In this document: piece by piece, positions 50,118 through 60,943 of the stretch | Layout: each line of letters begins with the position of its first letter | How positions within the stretch are numbered: the first letter of the stretch is position 1 | NCBI GenBank assembly: GCA_965279515.1 | Contig: CBDIID010000003.1 | Span: forward strand, 128,001 to 192,000 | DNA length: 64,000 nt | Direction of reading: 5' to 3' | Source: Turneriella sp. | GTDB lineage: Bacteria; Spirochaetota; Leptospiria; Turneriellales; Turneriellaceae | The notes under the pieces: model-generated | Told to the model about the DNA's origin: nothing | The model's database searches: none | What the model saw: only the letters and a program-made list of their open reading frames with translations | Position numbers and translations under genes: made by a program

Positions 50118-50690
50118 TCATTGCGCCAGCGCCCGCAGTTGATTTTCGAGATCTGTCAGGTAGCGCATATCGCGCGTCAGGCGGTAAAGCATCGCGCAGC
50201 CGGTATAGGCGATCATCATCTTACGGGCGACCTCTTCGGCTTCAGCCGCGTCAAAGCCGAATTCGAGCGCCACATCGTTTTGGAATTTTAACCAGCCGCG
50301 TTCGATCTCGATGAGGCGGCCTTCAAAAAAGGCGCGGTCCTTATCGGGAATCTCGCTGGCGAAGACGGAGAAGGGGCAGCCAAAGAATTTGTCCTTACGC
50401 GCCAGGTGTTTCAGCGAACGCACCCAGGAGACCATATAATCTTCAAATGTGTCGCTCCTCGCCTGCAGGCGGCTCAAGAACAAATGGAAGCCCTTTTGCT
50501 GCATCTCAAGGTAGGCTAAACCTAACTCGTTCTTGGATTTGAAATGGTAGTAGAGCGATGGTTTGGTTAGATTCGTGACCTTCGTGATCTGTTCCATGCC
50601 GGTATTGTTAAAACCCTGCGCATAGAAGAGTTGCCCCGCTTTGTTGAGGATCTTAATCCGCGTCGAGTTTTCGTCTGCAAATGAAAACAT
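50118..50690 (-). CDS. TetR/AcrR family regulator
   Basis: LFYAQGFNNTGMEQI...SLYYHFKSKNEL; GCPF. Confidence 0.92.
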   Translation of the reverse strand: MFSFADENSTRIKILNKAGQLFYAQGFNNTGMEQITKVTNLTKPSLYYHFKSKNELGLAYLEMQQKGFHLFLSRLQARSDTFEDYMVSWVRSLKHLARKDKFFGCPFSVFASEIPDKDRAFFEGRLIEIERGWLKFQNDVALEFGFDAAEAEEVARKMMIAYTGCAMLYRLTRDMRYLTDLENQLRALAQ

Positions 50691-50757
50691 ATTTACAATA
50701 TACCTAACGGTATGTATATGATCAAGCATAAGTTAAATTTTCGCATGCGGAGGGAAA

Positions 50758-51456
50758 ATGGCAACAATGCAGGCTGAAATCTCGGGCAGCTTCTCAAAAC
50801 GCCTCGATGAGCGTGGTGATCTCGAGCTCTGGCTTTTGGGTACGGAGACCATCCCCGAGTTTAATGAGTTCTTGTGGAGAGTTTTTAACCAGGCGTTTAC
50901 GGACGGCACTTACCAGATTCCGCTGGCCGATATCGAAGCGCCCAGCGCCGAATATTTTCACCGTGCCCGGGTCTGCGGCGTGCGCCATAAGTCGGGCCAG
51001 CTGATTGGTACTTGGGGCCTCATTCTCAAGGATCTCAACGATCCCGGGTTTCTTCTGCCCATTGAGAAGCGCTACGGCATCAGCACGGAGAAAATTCTCG
51101 AAAAGATGAATGCGCCCGAGGCGAAATACGTCTTCAATGGCTGGCGCACGGCGGTGGATAAAGATGCGTTAGAGAAGTTCCAGATCGACCGCACCCAGTC
51201 GATTTTTGTCTTCGATTTCCTCTTGCGGGGCCTGACCATGGGCTTTGCCGACGAAGCGAGCCGCTATATCGGCGCAGCCGAAATGGAGATGCTGGTGCTG
51301 AAATACCACCGCCGCGTGGGTATTCCGTGGCAGATCATCGGCGAGCCGGTGAATTTCTGGAATCGCGACCGTTACCCCTGCGCCTTTCGCATGGGTGAGT
51401 ATAAAGAATATATGCGGACGTACCATCCGGAGCGGCATGATTTTCTGTATGGTTAA
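50758..51456 (+). CDS. Hypothetical protein, possible GNAT/acyltransferase fold
   Basis: Divergent from TetR; GGAGGG SD; LIGTWGLI...LPIE pattern. Confidence 0.7.
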   Translation: MATMQAEISGSFSKRLDERGDLELWLLGTETIPEFNEFLWRVFNQAFTDGTYQIPLADIEAPSAEYFHRARVCGVRHKSGQLIGTWGLILKDLNDPGFLLPIEKRYGISTEKILEKMNAPEAKYVFNGWRTAVDKDALEKFQIDRTQSIFVFDFLLRGLTMGFADEASRYIGAAEMEMLVLKYHRRVGIPWQIIGEPVNFWNRDRYPCAFRMGEYKEYMRTYHPERHDFLYG

Positions 51457-51460
51457 GCTT

Positions 51461-51563
51461 AACCCCCTCCCGGCTTTGCCGTACTCCCCCTTAGCAGGGG
51501 GAGAGTTTGCTGAACCAAATTCCCCTCCTGTTAAGGAGGGGTGGCACGCAGTGCCGGGGTGGT
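51461..51563. repeat. Inverted pair of REP-like double-hairpin elements
   Basis: ttcccctcc...ggaggggtggcac...cggggtggt as at 50059-50103. Confidence 0.65.
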
Positions 51564-51616
51564 AGGTGGAAAGAATTTCAGCTTTACAAACTCATTTTTT
51601 TCTCTAACCCAGTGGG

Positions 51617-53323
51617 ATGTCTCTCAGCCCCGAACAATATTTTCAGAAATTCCTGACATCCCCCCTGAGCGCCGCCGAAAAGGCTGAGCTCGAAAGCAAA
51701 AAAGCCGCCCTCATGGCCGAGCGCGCCTTCGAGGGCGAGCCTTCGTTTGGTACGGGGGGCATGCGCGCTGTGACGGGGCTCGGTACTAACCGGTTGAATC
51801 TAGCCAATATTGCGCGGCTCAACATTGCGCTTGCGGCGTATTTCAAAAAAAACAAGGCGGCACCACTTTGTGTTCTCGCCTATGATTCACGCCTGACTTC
51901 GGGTGCCTTCAGCCGCCTCAGCTACCATATCCTCAAAGCGCAGGGTTTGGCGGTTAAAATCTTTAAACGCCCGACGCCGACGCCGTTTCTCTCCTTTGCG
52001 GTGCGTGAGCTGAAAGCAGATTGTGGTGTGGTGCTGACCGCCTCGCATAACCCGCCGCAATATAATGGCTACAAAGCCTATGGTGCTGACGGCGGGCAGA
52101 TCATTTCACCCGTCGATAAAGATATTCAAAAGCTTTTTCTCGGCGTAGACTATGCTTCACTGCCCAGTGACCTTGCGGCTTTGGCTGAAAAGGCGATTCC
52201 TGCAGGCGATCTCATCGAAGAAGAGATTGTCGCCGCCTACTGGGCGCGCATTGAGAAAGAAATTTTCTACACGAAAAAACCCAAAAAATCCAAAATTCTT
52301 TACTCGCCACTGCACGGCACAGGCGGATGGATTTTTGAGAAGACTTTTAAACACCTGGGTTATGAAAATTTCCGTGTGCTGCCCGAGCAGGCAGAGCCCG
52401 ACGGCAATTTTCCCACGGTGAAATCGCCGAACCCCGAAGAGCCGTCGGCTTTTGAGCGCCTGCTTGCGGCTGCCGAAAGCGAACGGCCCGACCTGCTCGT
52501 GGCCACCGACCCGGACGCGGATCGCGTCGGTGCGATGGTTAAGAAACCGGTGGGCTACCACTTTCTTACTGGCAACCAGATTGGTTCTCTTCTTTTAGAG
52601 AGTATCGCACGCAAGAAGGCAAAGTCGCTGGCGAAACCCTTTATCTGCAAAACCATTGTCACGACGGAATTGCAGCGCCTGATCGCCGACTCGTACGGCA
52701 TTCAAACCGTCGAGACGCTGACCGGCTTTAAATATATCGCGGAGAAGGTGGCCGTCGATCCCGACAACTATCTGTTCGGCGGCGAAGAAAGTTTTGGTTA
52801 TCTGCCGGTTCACTGGGTGCGCGACAAAGACTCGCTGTCATCGGCTATCGCGTTGGCCGAACTTGCCGAAGACGTCGATCTCGCTAGCGCACTCGATGAG
52901 ATTTATCTGAAGCACGGGTTGTTCCATGAGCTCCTGCACAATATCGATCTGAGTAAAAATCCCGACCTGTTGCCGCAGGTAATGGGCAAATTTTCGGCGC
53001 CGCGAGAATTCGCGGCAGCGGCAAATTTTGGCCGCGAAATCGTCGATGTACTCGACCTCAGAAAATGTGCTCCGGAACCTGAAACCGAGGCTGCGCGCGT
53101 GCTCAAGAAACAGCTGGGTGAGGCGGATGTCATCCAGTTCTGGCTCAAGGATTTTTCGCGGCTGACCATCCGCCCTTCGGGCACCGAGCCGAAAGTGAAA
53201 GCCTACCTGAGCCTTATGGGGAAAAATAAACCTACGGCGGCGAGCCTTGCGGCTGATAAAGACGCGCTTAAGGCTGAAGCGGAAGGCATTCTCAGGAAAT
53301 TTCTCGCTGCACTCGGCGTGTAG
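51617..53323 (+). CDS. pgm: Phosphoglucomutase/phosphomannomutase
   Basis: FGTGGMR, TASHNP, DPDADR, GEES and RPSGTEPK motifs. Confidence 0.93.
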   Translation: MSLSPEQYFQKFLTSPLSAAEKAELESKKAALMAERAFEGEPSFGTGGMRAVTGLGTNRLNLANIARLNIALAAYFKKNKAAPLCVLAYDSRLTSGAFSRLSYHILKAQGLAVKIFKRPTPTPFLSFAVRELKADCGVVLTASHNPPQYNGYKAYGADGGQIISPVDKDIQKLFLGVDYASLPSDLAALAEKAIPAGDLIEEEIVAAYWARIEKEIFYTKKPKKSKILYSPLHGTGGWIFEKTFKHLGYENFRVLPEQAEPDGNFPTVKSPNPEEPSAFERLLAAAESERPDLLVATDPDADRVGAMVKKPVGYHFLTGNQIGSLLLESIARKKAKSLAKPFICKTIVTTELQRLIADSYGIQTVETLTGFKYIAEKVAVDPDNYLFGGEESFGYLPVHWVRDKDSLSSAIALAELAEDVDLASALDEIYLKHGLFHELLHNIDLSKNPDLLPQVMGKFSAPREFAAAANFGREIVDVLDLRKCAPEPETEAARVLKKQLGEADVIQFWLKDFSRLTIRPSGTEPKVKAYLSLMGKNKPTAASLAADKDALKAEAEGILRKFLAALGV

Positions 53324-53695
53324 TTAATAAGGCTTTTTCAGGCCGGGAAACATGGGGAAGTGTTTGAGATTTAAGGTATGGAGTTTCAGGTAATATAACT
53401 GAGCGGTTGCAGCAATAGCAGCATCGGGTAGTTCAACGGCATGAGATCTGTAATATTGCCTCATATAATCCCCGGCTAGTTCTGCAACTTCCGTATCGAA
53501 AGGCAGAATGCGGAAAGATTCCACGAACCTGCCGACTTTGATTTTTTGCTCCGCAGAGCGCACGCCGCCATACAGTTCGGCAACGCTGATCGACGAGATG
53601 GTTACGCCGTCACCCAGGGAGTCCGCAAAAATTTTCGCCTTTGTAATTCCGCGTAACTGATCAATGAGAATATTGGTGTCTAGAATGCAGTTCAA
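53324..53695 (-). CDS. vapC: VapC/PIN toxin
   Basis: ILDTNILI...ELYGG...DAAIAATA...TLNLKHF. Confidence 0.9.
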   Translation of the reverse strand: MNCILDTNILIDQLRGITKAKIFADSLGDGVTISSISVAELYGGVRSAEQKIKVGRFVESFRILPFDTEVAELAGDYMRQYYRSHAVELPDAAIAATAQLYYLKLHTLNLKHFPMFPGLKKPY

Positions 53696-53928
53696 AACTT
53701 GCGCGTCCAGGTTTTTCTCATTGCCTCAAAATCAAAATCGTTGTCTTTCCAAATGCCGGCAACTTCATTCAACACCTTACGTCGGTTTTCTGCGGAGTAT
53801 CTCTTCAAGTGCTCGTCGATCGCCTCGCGGATAATCTCGCTGCGCTTTTTTTTAGTCTGGCGGCTGAGCTGCGTGAGCGCCTTATGTTCATTTTGTGTCA
53901 GGTATACCTGTGTGCGCTTCATCGCCAT
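53692..53928 (-). CDS. CopG/RHH antitoxin
   Basis: MKRTQVYLT...SEIIREAID; overlaps vapC. Confidence 0.88.
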   Translation of the reverse strand: MAMKRTQVYLTQNEHKALTQLSRQTKKKRSEIIREAIDEHLKRYSAENRRKVLNEVAGIWKDNDFDFEAMRKTWTRKF

Positions 53929-53996
53929 ACCTACATGTATGTCGGCATATACATCATGTCAAGACCGTTTGCCAGCTCGCGGCTTTTACGGCGCTT

Positions 53997-54790
53997 TTAG
54001 CGCTCGCTAGCCGCTTTGAGTATTTCATCCCAGATTGGGTCTTTAACGCGCGCGAATTTTTTCGCGTAACCATCACGGCGCTTTTTGACTTTTTCGACCT
54101 GAGAAGGTGTGTAGAGCCAGCCGGTTTCACCCGGCTCGAGCGGTTTGCAACCTTTGCTAAAGTTCATCACATTCGGTCGATCGCCCGAACCCTTGGCTGG
54201 CGGGCAGGAATGGCTGAGGCCAAAGGCATGGCCCAGCTCATGGAGAAATACGCGCTCGTCCTTGCGGAAGCGCTCCCAGTTAATTTGCGCGAACGGCATG
54301 CCGTTGATCTGGCCGCCATAAGAGAGTTTGTCTTTATCATGGTGTTTGATGAAGATGGTGATGCCCTGCGGCGCGCGCACCTTCGGGTCTTTACATTTCC
54401 AGTAATCGCCGTAACGCGTGTTCGTGCGGTTAACAATTGATTCGTAGATTTCGGGGCACGATGAGGTGCGGATGGTCTCGAGTGACGCAAAGGAACGGAC
54501 CTTAAAACGCGCCAAATGTTCACCGGTGGTGCCGGCGAATTTGCGGTTCAGAAGATCTTCAATTGGGCAAAACGTTCCGGTGTGGCCGCCGCAACGGCTT
54601 TTTCATGGTCGGTCATCAGTACAAAATGCAGAGAGAAAAGCGGCAGCTCCTTTTGGTCCACTGCTGACGTTTCGCCCTTAAATTCTCCCGAGGTTTCCAG
54701 TACCGGCGTGTTTTCGTTGCCGTCGTCGTCAGCAGTTAGGGGAAAGGCCGCCAGTACGGCGATCAGCAGCGGAAGGTATTTCAATCGCAT
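53997..54790 (-). pseudogene. Exported zinc metallopeptidase, frameshifted
   Basis: Signal-peptide ORF 54548-54790 joins the HELGHAFGLSH ORF if one A is restored near 54562. Confidence 0.7.
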
Positions 54791-55028
54791 CCACCCAGAT
54801 TTGAATAGAGCATGTCACCGCAATGATTTATCCGCACAACCCACAAAAAAATCTCAAAAAACTTGCCGCCGCGTCGACATATAGTATATTAAACTTATGC
54901 CGATGGCAAGCGCCACTTCTAAATTCAATTCCTCACTCGGCATACTACAGCTATTGCCCCGACTATAATCCGCAGATTGTAATAAGCAATCTGCCGGAAT
55001 TTCCATAAAATTTTTGCTTGGAGGCAAT

Positions 55029-56729
55029 ATGAAAACTGAAATCGTTAATAAATATCAACCTTATAAACCCCTCGAATTACCTGACCGTACCTGGCCCAAT
55101 AAAACCATAACCAAGGCGCCACGCTGGTGCAGTGTCGATTTGCGCGACGGTAACCAGGCTTTGGTTTATCCCATGGATATTCCGGCCAAAGAAGACCTGT
55201 TCCGGTTACTGGTCGAGATTGGCTTTAAAGAAATCGAAGTGGGATTTCCCGCTGCGGCGGATGTGGAATACAATTTCCTGCGGCATCTTGTGGATAAAAA
55301 GATTATTCCCGACGATGTCACAGTACAGATTCTCACCCAGGCGCGCGAGCACCTGATCCGTAAAAGTTTCGAGGCATTGGCGGGTGTCAAAACCGCGATT
55401 GTCCACCTCTATAACTCCACGTCGACCTTGCAGCGCGATGTCGTGTTTGGCATGAGCCGTGAGCAGATCAAAAATCTCGCGGTTGAGGGTGTGAAGCTCG
55501 TGAAGCAGCTCGCGGTCGAATACCGCGCGAAAACCGGCACCGAGTTTTTTCTCGAATATTCTCCCGAAAGTTTTACCGGTACCGAAGTCGACTTTGCCGT
55601 CGAAATCTGTGCTGCCGTCATGGATGTCTGGGAGCCAACGGAGAAGAGTAAGGTGATCCTTAACTTACCGAGCACGGTCGAGATGACGAGCCCGAATCTC
55701 TATGCCGACCAAATCGAGTATTTTATCCGCAACATCAAGAACCGCGACCTGGCGGTGATTAGTTTGCACACGCATAATGACCGCGGCTGCGGTGTGGCGG
55801 CGTCAGAGCTCGCACTCATGGCAGGCGCCGACCGTGTTGAAGGTACACTCTTCGGCAACGGCGAGCGCACGGGTAACTGCGATCTCGTAACCGTGGCGCT
55901 CAATATGCTCACCCAAGGTGTGAATCCGAATCTCAATTTTTCTGACATCAACCGCGTCGCTGAAATCTACGAACGCACGACGCGCATGGGCATCCACGAG
56001 CGCCATCCGTATGTGGGTGAACTTGTCTTCACCGCGTTCTCGGGCTCGCACCAGGATGCGATCAATAAGGGTTTGGCCAAACTCAACGGAAAAGGTTCTG
56101 TTTGGGCGGTGCCGTATTTGCCGATTGATCCGCACGATATCGGCCGCACCTATGAGTCGATCATCCGTATCAATTCGCAATCCGGCAAGGGCGGTGTCGC
56201 CTATGTCATGGAACACGACTTTGGCTGCCGTTTGCCGAAGACGATGCATCCGGAGTTTGCGAAGGTCGTGCAGGTGATCGCCGAGAAGCAGGGTGGCGAA
56301 GTCATGCCGCAGGAAATCAATACCGCGTTTGAGAATGAATATTTAAAGAGGAAATCGCCCCTGGACCTTCAGGGCATCTCCGCCATCGAAGAAAAACCCG
56401 ATAGCGGAGAAGTGAAGATTTCGCTCAGTATCGCATCCGACAAAGCAGGCTTTCTGACGCAGGGAAATTCCGCGTATACAGGGCAGGGCAATGGGCCCTT
56501 GGATGCAGCGCGTGCGGCGATTATGGGTGCAACGGCAAGTAAGCCGAAATTCCAGATCAAAAACTACAGCGAGCATTCGCTGGGTGAAGGTTCGGATGCG
56601 CGCGCGATTGCCTATATTCAGATCGAGCGGGAAGATAAACAGACATTTTATGGTGTGGGTGTGAGCCCCAATATCTCGCGTGCTTCGATTGAGGCGCTCT
56701 TCAGTGCGGTGAATCGGGCATTCGCCTAA
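55029..56729 (+). CDS. leuA: 2-isopropylmalate synthase
   Basis: SVDLRDGNQAL, HTHNDRG, GNGERTGN, GSHQDAI, INSQSGKGG. Confidence 0.95.
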   Translation: MKTEIVNKYQPYKPLELPDRTWPNKTITKAPRWCSVDLRDGNQALVYPMDIPAKEDLFRLLVEIGFKEIEVGFPAAADVEYNFLRHLVDKKIIPDDVTVQILTQAREHLIRKSFEALAGVKTAIVHLYNSTSTLQRDVVFGMSREQIKNLAVEGVKLVKQLAVEYRAKTGTEFFLEYSPESFTGTEVDFAVEICAAVMDVWEPTEKSKVILNLPSTVEMTSPNLYADQIEYFIRNIKNRDLAVISLHTHNDRGCGVAASELALMAGADRVEGTLFGNGERTGNCDLVTVALNMLTQGVNPNLNFSDINRVAEIYERTTRMGIHERHPYVGELVFTAFSGSHQDAINKGLAKLNGKGSVWAVPYLPIDPHDIGRTYESIIRINSQSGKGGVAYVMEHDFGCRLPKTMHPEFAKVVQVIAEKQGGEVMPQEINTAFENEYLKRKSPLDLQGISAIEEKPDSGEVKISLSIASDKAGFLTQGNSAYTGQGNGPLDAARAAIMGATASKPKFQIKNYSEHSLGEGSDARAIAYIQIEREDKQTFYGVGVSPNISRASIEALFSAVNRAFA

Positions 56730-56745
56730 AAAAAGACTCCCCACC

Positions 56746-57753
56746 ATGCGGGGAGGGGAGTTGAGCACATTGACTAAAATTGAACGGCTGGGCATTTTTT
56801 CTGCTTTTATCTGCACTCTCGGCGCACCGGATTTAGCAGCTATCCGTTGGGAACCAGGCACCGAAGATCGCCGCGGCAATAAATGGGATCTCATGGTGAC
56901 AGACCCCATCACCACGGACTCGTGCAACATGACGGCGAAAGGCCTTTTTGTTATACAGAATTTCACTCTTATTAACATTACCCGCGCGCGCTTTGACGGT
57001 GATGGCAAACCGCAGAAAATCGACGGTTCCGTAGCCGACCAGAACATGACCATCAATCACCAGGTGACTTACGGAATCACCGAAAGATGGGAAGTCGATG
57101 CGATACCTTTTCCGATCGTTATCAACGATAATACGCGCGAAGTGGATGGTCCGCGCCTCAGCATCGGCGACGCTTCGGCGTGGTCGAGGTACCTGCTTTA
57201 CGAACAAAGGATGGAAGCGCGCTGGATACCATCCCTGCTGTTTTTTACACAGATTAAGGTGCCGAGCGGCAGCGTCGATCTGGGCGATGCCACCGGCCGG
57301 CGTACTTTTGGCAACCTCATGACCGAAACGACAGTTGGCTTTAATACCATGTGGGAATTCCGCCCCGTGGTTATTAACCTCAACTTCTGGTATGATCGTA
57401 CTTTCGGGCCTTTTTTCCATGCCCCTTCCGGGGGTGTCTATGAAAGTGCCGGAGATATGGTACAGTTCAATGCTTCGGCCGAGTGGGTCGTGCGCGACTA
57501 TGCGGATGATTCTTCGGTGTTATTTGCTGAGGTGAACCAGATTTATCAGGGAAGATTTAAGGCATTTGGCGCTCCCACGGAGCAGCCGATAGTCTACTCC
57601 ATTCAGGGTACGGTTGGCTTTGCCGAGTTTATTGATAAGGATACCTTTCTGATGGTCTCACTTTCCGTGGTGCTCTACGGTCTCAACACCTATCAAAACT
57701 GGGGACCGTATTTGTCGGCGGGTAAAACCTTTGGTTTTGGTCGCTCCGGTTAG
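56746..57753 (+). CDS. Putative outer-membrane channel protein
   Basis: Beta-strand rich; GDASAWSRY, IKVPSG; start uncertain. Confidence 0.65.
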   Translation: MRGGELSTLTKIERLGIFSAFICTLGAPDLAAIRWEPGTEDRRGNKWDLMVTDPITTDSCNMTAKGLFVIQNFTLINITRARFDGDGKPQKIDGSVADQNMTINHQVTYGITERWEVDAIPFPIVINDNTREVDGPRLSIGDASAWSRYLLYEQRMEARWIPSLLFFTQIKVPSGSVDLGDATGRRTFGNLMTETTVGFNTMWEFRPVVINLNFWYDRTFGPFFHAPSGGVYESAGDMVQFNASAEWVVRDYADDSSVLFAEVNQIYQGRFKAFGAPTEQPIVYSIQGTVGFAEFIDKDTFLMVSLSVVLYGLNTYQNWGPYLSAGKTFGFGRSG

Positions 57754-57768
57754 CCGAAACTCAAACCT

Positions 57769-58316
57769 TCAAAAAGCATAACCGATCGAGCCGCCGAGCC
57801 ACGGCAGGCGCCGCGATTCGACGCCCTGGCTGTCGATGCCCTGGAACATATAACAGGCGAAACGAACCACAAGGCCGCCTTCGCGGGGCAGCCAGGCAAA
57901 CGCGAAGCCCGCGACAGGGGTGAACGGTTGCCCCGTAACTGTGGCGCGCACTCCCGTGCGCTCTGTGCGCTCCGAGCCGATCATGAAATTACCGCCAAAA
58001 AGAATCTCGGCGTGGATGGGCCATGTCGTAAACGGCAGTTGCCAAATGGCGGAGAGCGTTACGGGATAATGTGAAAACTGGCGGTCTTGCCGCCAGCGTC
58101 TACAGGGGGGATTTCGGTATAACTATAACCGACATTGACCATGGCGCGTTCATGGAAGCGGTAACTACCGCGCAGCGAATACCAGATACCCTGGCCATAG
58201 GCTTCGCCACCAACAATAATGCGCGCGAGCTTAGGTTCGGCATCAGCCAGCAATGGTTGTGCTGCGATGGCTATAGTGGCTATGAAAGTGGCTAAAAGCC
58301 GGGAAAACATGGACAT
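57769..58316 (-). pseudogene. Outer-membrane beta-barrel protein, frameshifted
   Basis: ORFs 58059-58316 and 57769-57984 join if one C is restored at ATC CC GTA (~58063); ends GGSIGYAF. Confidence 0.68.
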
Positions 58317-58352
58317 CCGGTAAGCCAGATGCGAAGTCAGAGGTCAAGAATT

Positions 58353-58426
58353 TGCGAAATACTGGATTCGAACCAGTGACCTCTTCCATGTCAAGGAAGC
58401 GCTCTAACCAACTGAGCTAATTCCGC
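58353..58426 (-). tRNA. tRNA-Val(GAC)
   Basis: GCGGAATTAGCTCAGTTGGTTAGAGC...CTTCC-TTGACAT-GGAAG...GGTTCGAATCC; CCA not encoded. Confidence 0.96.
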
Positions 58427-58532
58427 TTAATTTCCGCTTTCTGCGTACAGCAGAAATTGACTTTTAGACACTGTGTCAATGAGATTCAAAATCAGAATGA
58501 CAAAATAAACTCAAAACACAAGTCTACCCGCC

Positions 58533-59210
58533 GTGAAGCAATCCCAGTGTCCATCGTGCGGAGCTCCACTTACCTTCGAAAACGCCCATAGCCTTTACGC
58601 GGTTTGCAAGTACTGCCGCACCATGTCGGTGCAAGCGGAAGACGCCCTTAAAGAAGTCGGCAAGACGGCCGCGCTGATCGAAGACGGTTCGCCCCTGCAG
58701 CTCGGCGCCTCGGGCACGATCGATGGCAAAACCTTCACGATTATTGGCCGCATCCAGTATAACTTTGGCCTGGGCTTCTGGAATGAATGGTATATCAATA
58801 TGGCCGAAGATGCAGGCGGGCCGGCGTGGCTCGGCGAAGCGAACGGCATGTATTTTTTCACGCGACAGAAGAAGGATGCCCAACTGAGCGACGCGCTCGA
58901 ATTCGACAAACTTTATGCCGGGGGCTCCGTTTATATCGACGGCAAAGAATTTTATATTAAGGATATCCAGACGAGCAAGGTCGTTTCGGGCGAGGGCGAA
59001 CTGCCTTTTCCCTTTGAGTCTGAGTATGAAGCACCTGTGGTAGACCTCGTGCGGCAGGATGGCACATTTGCGACGCTCGATTTCAGCGAAGACAAAACAA
59101 TCGTCTTTATCGGCAAGGCACTGACTTACAATGACTTACATATGACGCGCGTGCGGAGCGTCTATGGTTTTAAGGCTGCTGACGCCGAAGTTGCAGGAGC
59201 CAAAGCGTGA
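58533..59210 (+). CDS. DUF4178 domain protein
   Basis: CPSCGA; SPLQLGASG; WNEW; GEGELPF. Confidence 0.85.
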   Translation: MKQSQCPSCGAPLTFENAHSLYAVCKYCRTMSVQAEDALKEVGKTAALIEDGSPLQLGASGTIDGKTFTIIGRIQYNFGLGFWNEWYINMAEDAGGPAWLGEANGMYFFTRQKKDAQLSDALEFDKLYAGGSVYIDGKEFYIKDIQTSKVVSGEGELPFPFESEYEAPVVDLVRQDGTFATLDFSEDKTIVFIGKALTYNDLHMTRVRSVYGFKAADAEVAGAKA

Positions 59211-60916
59211 GCGAGCGCGTTGGAGATAATTTAGCCCCAAAAGAAGCGGCGCCGGTTACGGCGAAGGGCTTTAAATGCCCGAACTGCGGCGGGCCGGTTA
59301 ACCTCGAGCTGCCCGGCAAATCACAGACGGTCCGTTGCCCTTATTGCAGTTCAATTCTCGAACCCGGCCACGACGTTCTCGTACTCAAAAAGAAATACAA
59401 CGAAAAATTCAGCCAGCACATGTGGATTCCGCTGGGCGCGGAAGGCACGCTTGAAGGCATAAAATTCAAATGCGTGGGCATGGTCGTGCGCGGCGACGAC
59501 GATGGCGGCGAGTGGTCAGAATACCTGCTCTTTAATCCTTACCACGGCTACCGTTACCTTGTTGAAAGTTCAGGACACTGGACATTGATGCAGCAGGCGC
59601 CAGGGTTGGGTTTTGATTCGGGTGGCCGGCCGGGCTGGTATGGGCCAACAGGCAAGATGCAGATCGGCGGCAAGAAGCTGAAATACTTCACACATTACCG
59701 CGCGACGGTGAAAAGTATCATCGGTGAGTTTCCGTGGCAGGCAACCATTGGCGAGATCAATGATGTTACCGAATATATCAATCCCCCTTATGCATCATCA
59801 TGCGAAACGGTAGCGCAGTATTTTGATAAAGCGGGCAAACAGGTCAATCTTGAAAAGCTGCTGCACAAACATAAGGCCAAGGTGCAACAGGCCGAAGACT
59901 CGGACGACGACGAAGAGATCGAAGATGATGACGTCGACGATGTTGCGGATGTCATTCAGAAGCACCAGCTGACGAAGCGCATTACGGAGAGCAACTGGTC
60001 AACGGGTGAGTATAAATACCCCGAAGAAATTCAGGCGGCTTTTGGCCTCAAGGAAATGCCTGAGCGCGTGGGTTTCGGCATGTGCGAGCCGAACCCCGCG
60101 AAAAAACGTTATCTTTTCTCCCTGGCGTGGACGGCTCTCTTGTTCCTTGCCACGACAGCGACCTGCAGCGTCGTTTCGGGCCGCTCTGAGAACAAGGTAG
60201 TGCTTACTAAAGAAGTTAAACTCAATACAGCGGACTTTGAACTGAAGCAGGAAAACGGCACCGATTACCTCGAGTTCAATTTTGAGCCGGGCTCCATCGA
60301 ACTTAATAAAGACACGAACGTCGAGTTTGAATTCCGCGCGAACCTCAACCAGCAGTGGATGAGTCTGAATATCTTTATGATCGACGAGACGACCGGGCAG
60401 GGTTATATCTATGACACCGAGTTGTCGCACTATTGGGGCGGCAGCGGCGATGATTCGTGGTCTGAGGGCAGCGATTCGGCAGACTTTACCACAGATAAGA
60501 TGCCGAAGGGTAATTATTTTGTGTTTGTTGCCGGAGCGACCAACATCGGTGTCGATAATTTTAAACGTTACCTGAACCAATATGGACAGAGGCAGGCCGC
60601 TCCGATTCTGCCGCCGACGCCTCCCCTGGAAAAAGGAAATCCTGGGAAATCCGGGGATGCCCCCAAAAAGAAAACGGAAGCTAAAACAGCGCCACCTCCG
60701 CCGCCAGCCGCACCATCCCCTGCTGCCAATGAAAAACGCGGCAAGTTATTACCGGAAGAGTTTCCGCTCAAGCCAGCTGCGCCGCGCTTTCAGCTGAATA
60801 TGCGGGCAAAGCGCGACGTGGCAGCGATTGGCATGGCCTTCGTGCTGGTGCTGACGCTCCTGGGTTTTAATATCTACTATTACATCCGTTACCGGATGAA
60901 AGAGGGTGAACGATAG
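59207..60916 (+). CDS. DUF4178 domain membrane protein
   Basis: CPNCGG; IPLGAEG; WSEYLLFNP; GEFPW; DSWSEGS. Confidence 0.85.
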   Translation: MSERVGDNLAPKEAAPVTAKGFKCPNCGGPVNLELPGKSQTVRCPYCSSILEPGHDVLVLKKKYNEKFSQHMWIPLGAEGTLEGIKFKCVGMVVRGDDDGGEWSEYLLFNPYHGYRYLVESSGHWTLMQQAPGLGFDSGGRPGWYGPTGKMQIGGKKLKYFTHYRATVKSIIGEFPWQATIGEINDVTEYINPPYASSCETVAQYFDKAGKQVNLEKLLHKHKAKVQQAEDSDDDEEIEDDDVDDVADVIQKHQLTKRITESNWSTGEYKYPEEIQAAFGLKEMPERVGFGMCEPNPAKKRYLFSLAWTALLFLATTATCSVVSGRSENKVVLTKEVKLNTADFELKQENGTDYLEFNFEPGSIELNKDTNVEFEFRANLNQQWMSLNIFMIDETTGQGYIYDTELSHYWGGSGDDSWSEGSDSADFTTDKMPKGNYFVFVAGATNIGVDNFKRYLNQYGQRQAAPILPPTPPLEKGNPGKSGDAPKKKTEAKTAPPPPPAAPSPAANEKRGKLLPEEFPLKPAAPRFQLNMRAKRDVAAIGMAFVLVLTLLGFNIYYYIRYRMKEGER

Positions 60917-60943
60917 TATGAATGCGATTCAGGACGGTAGCCG

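Noticed and set aside
54823..55008. leuA leader-peptide attenuator
   Set aside because: No Leu-codon run and no terminator hairpin visible.
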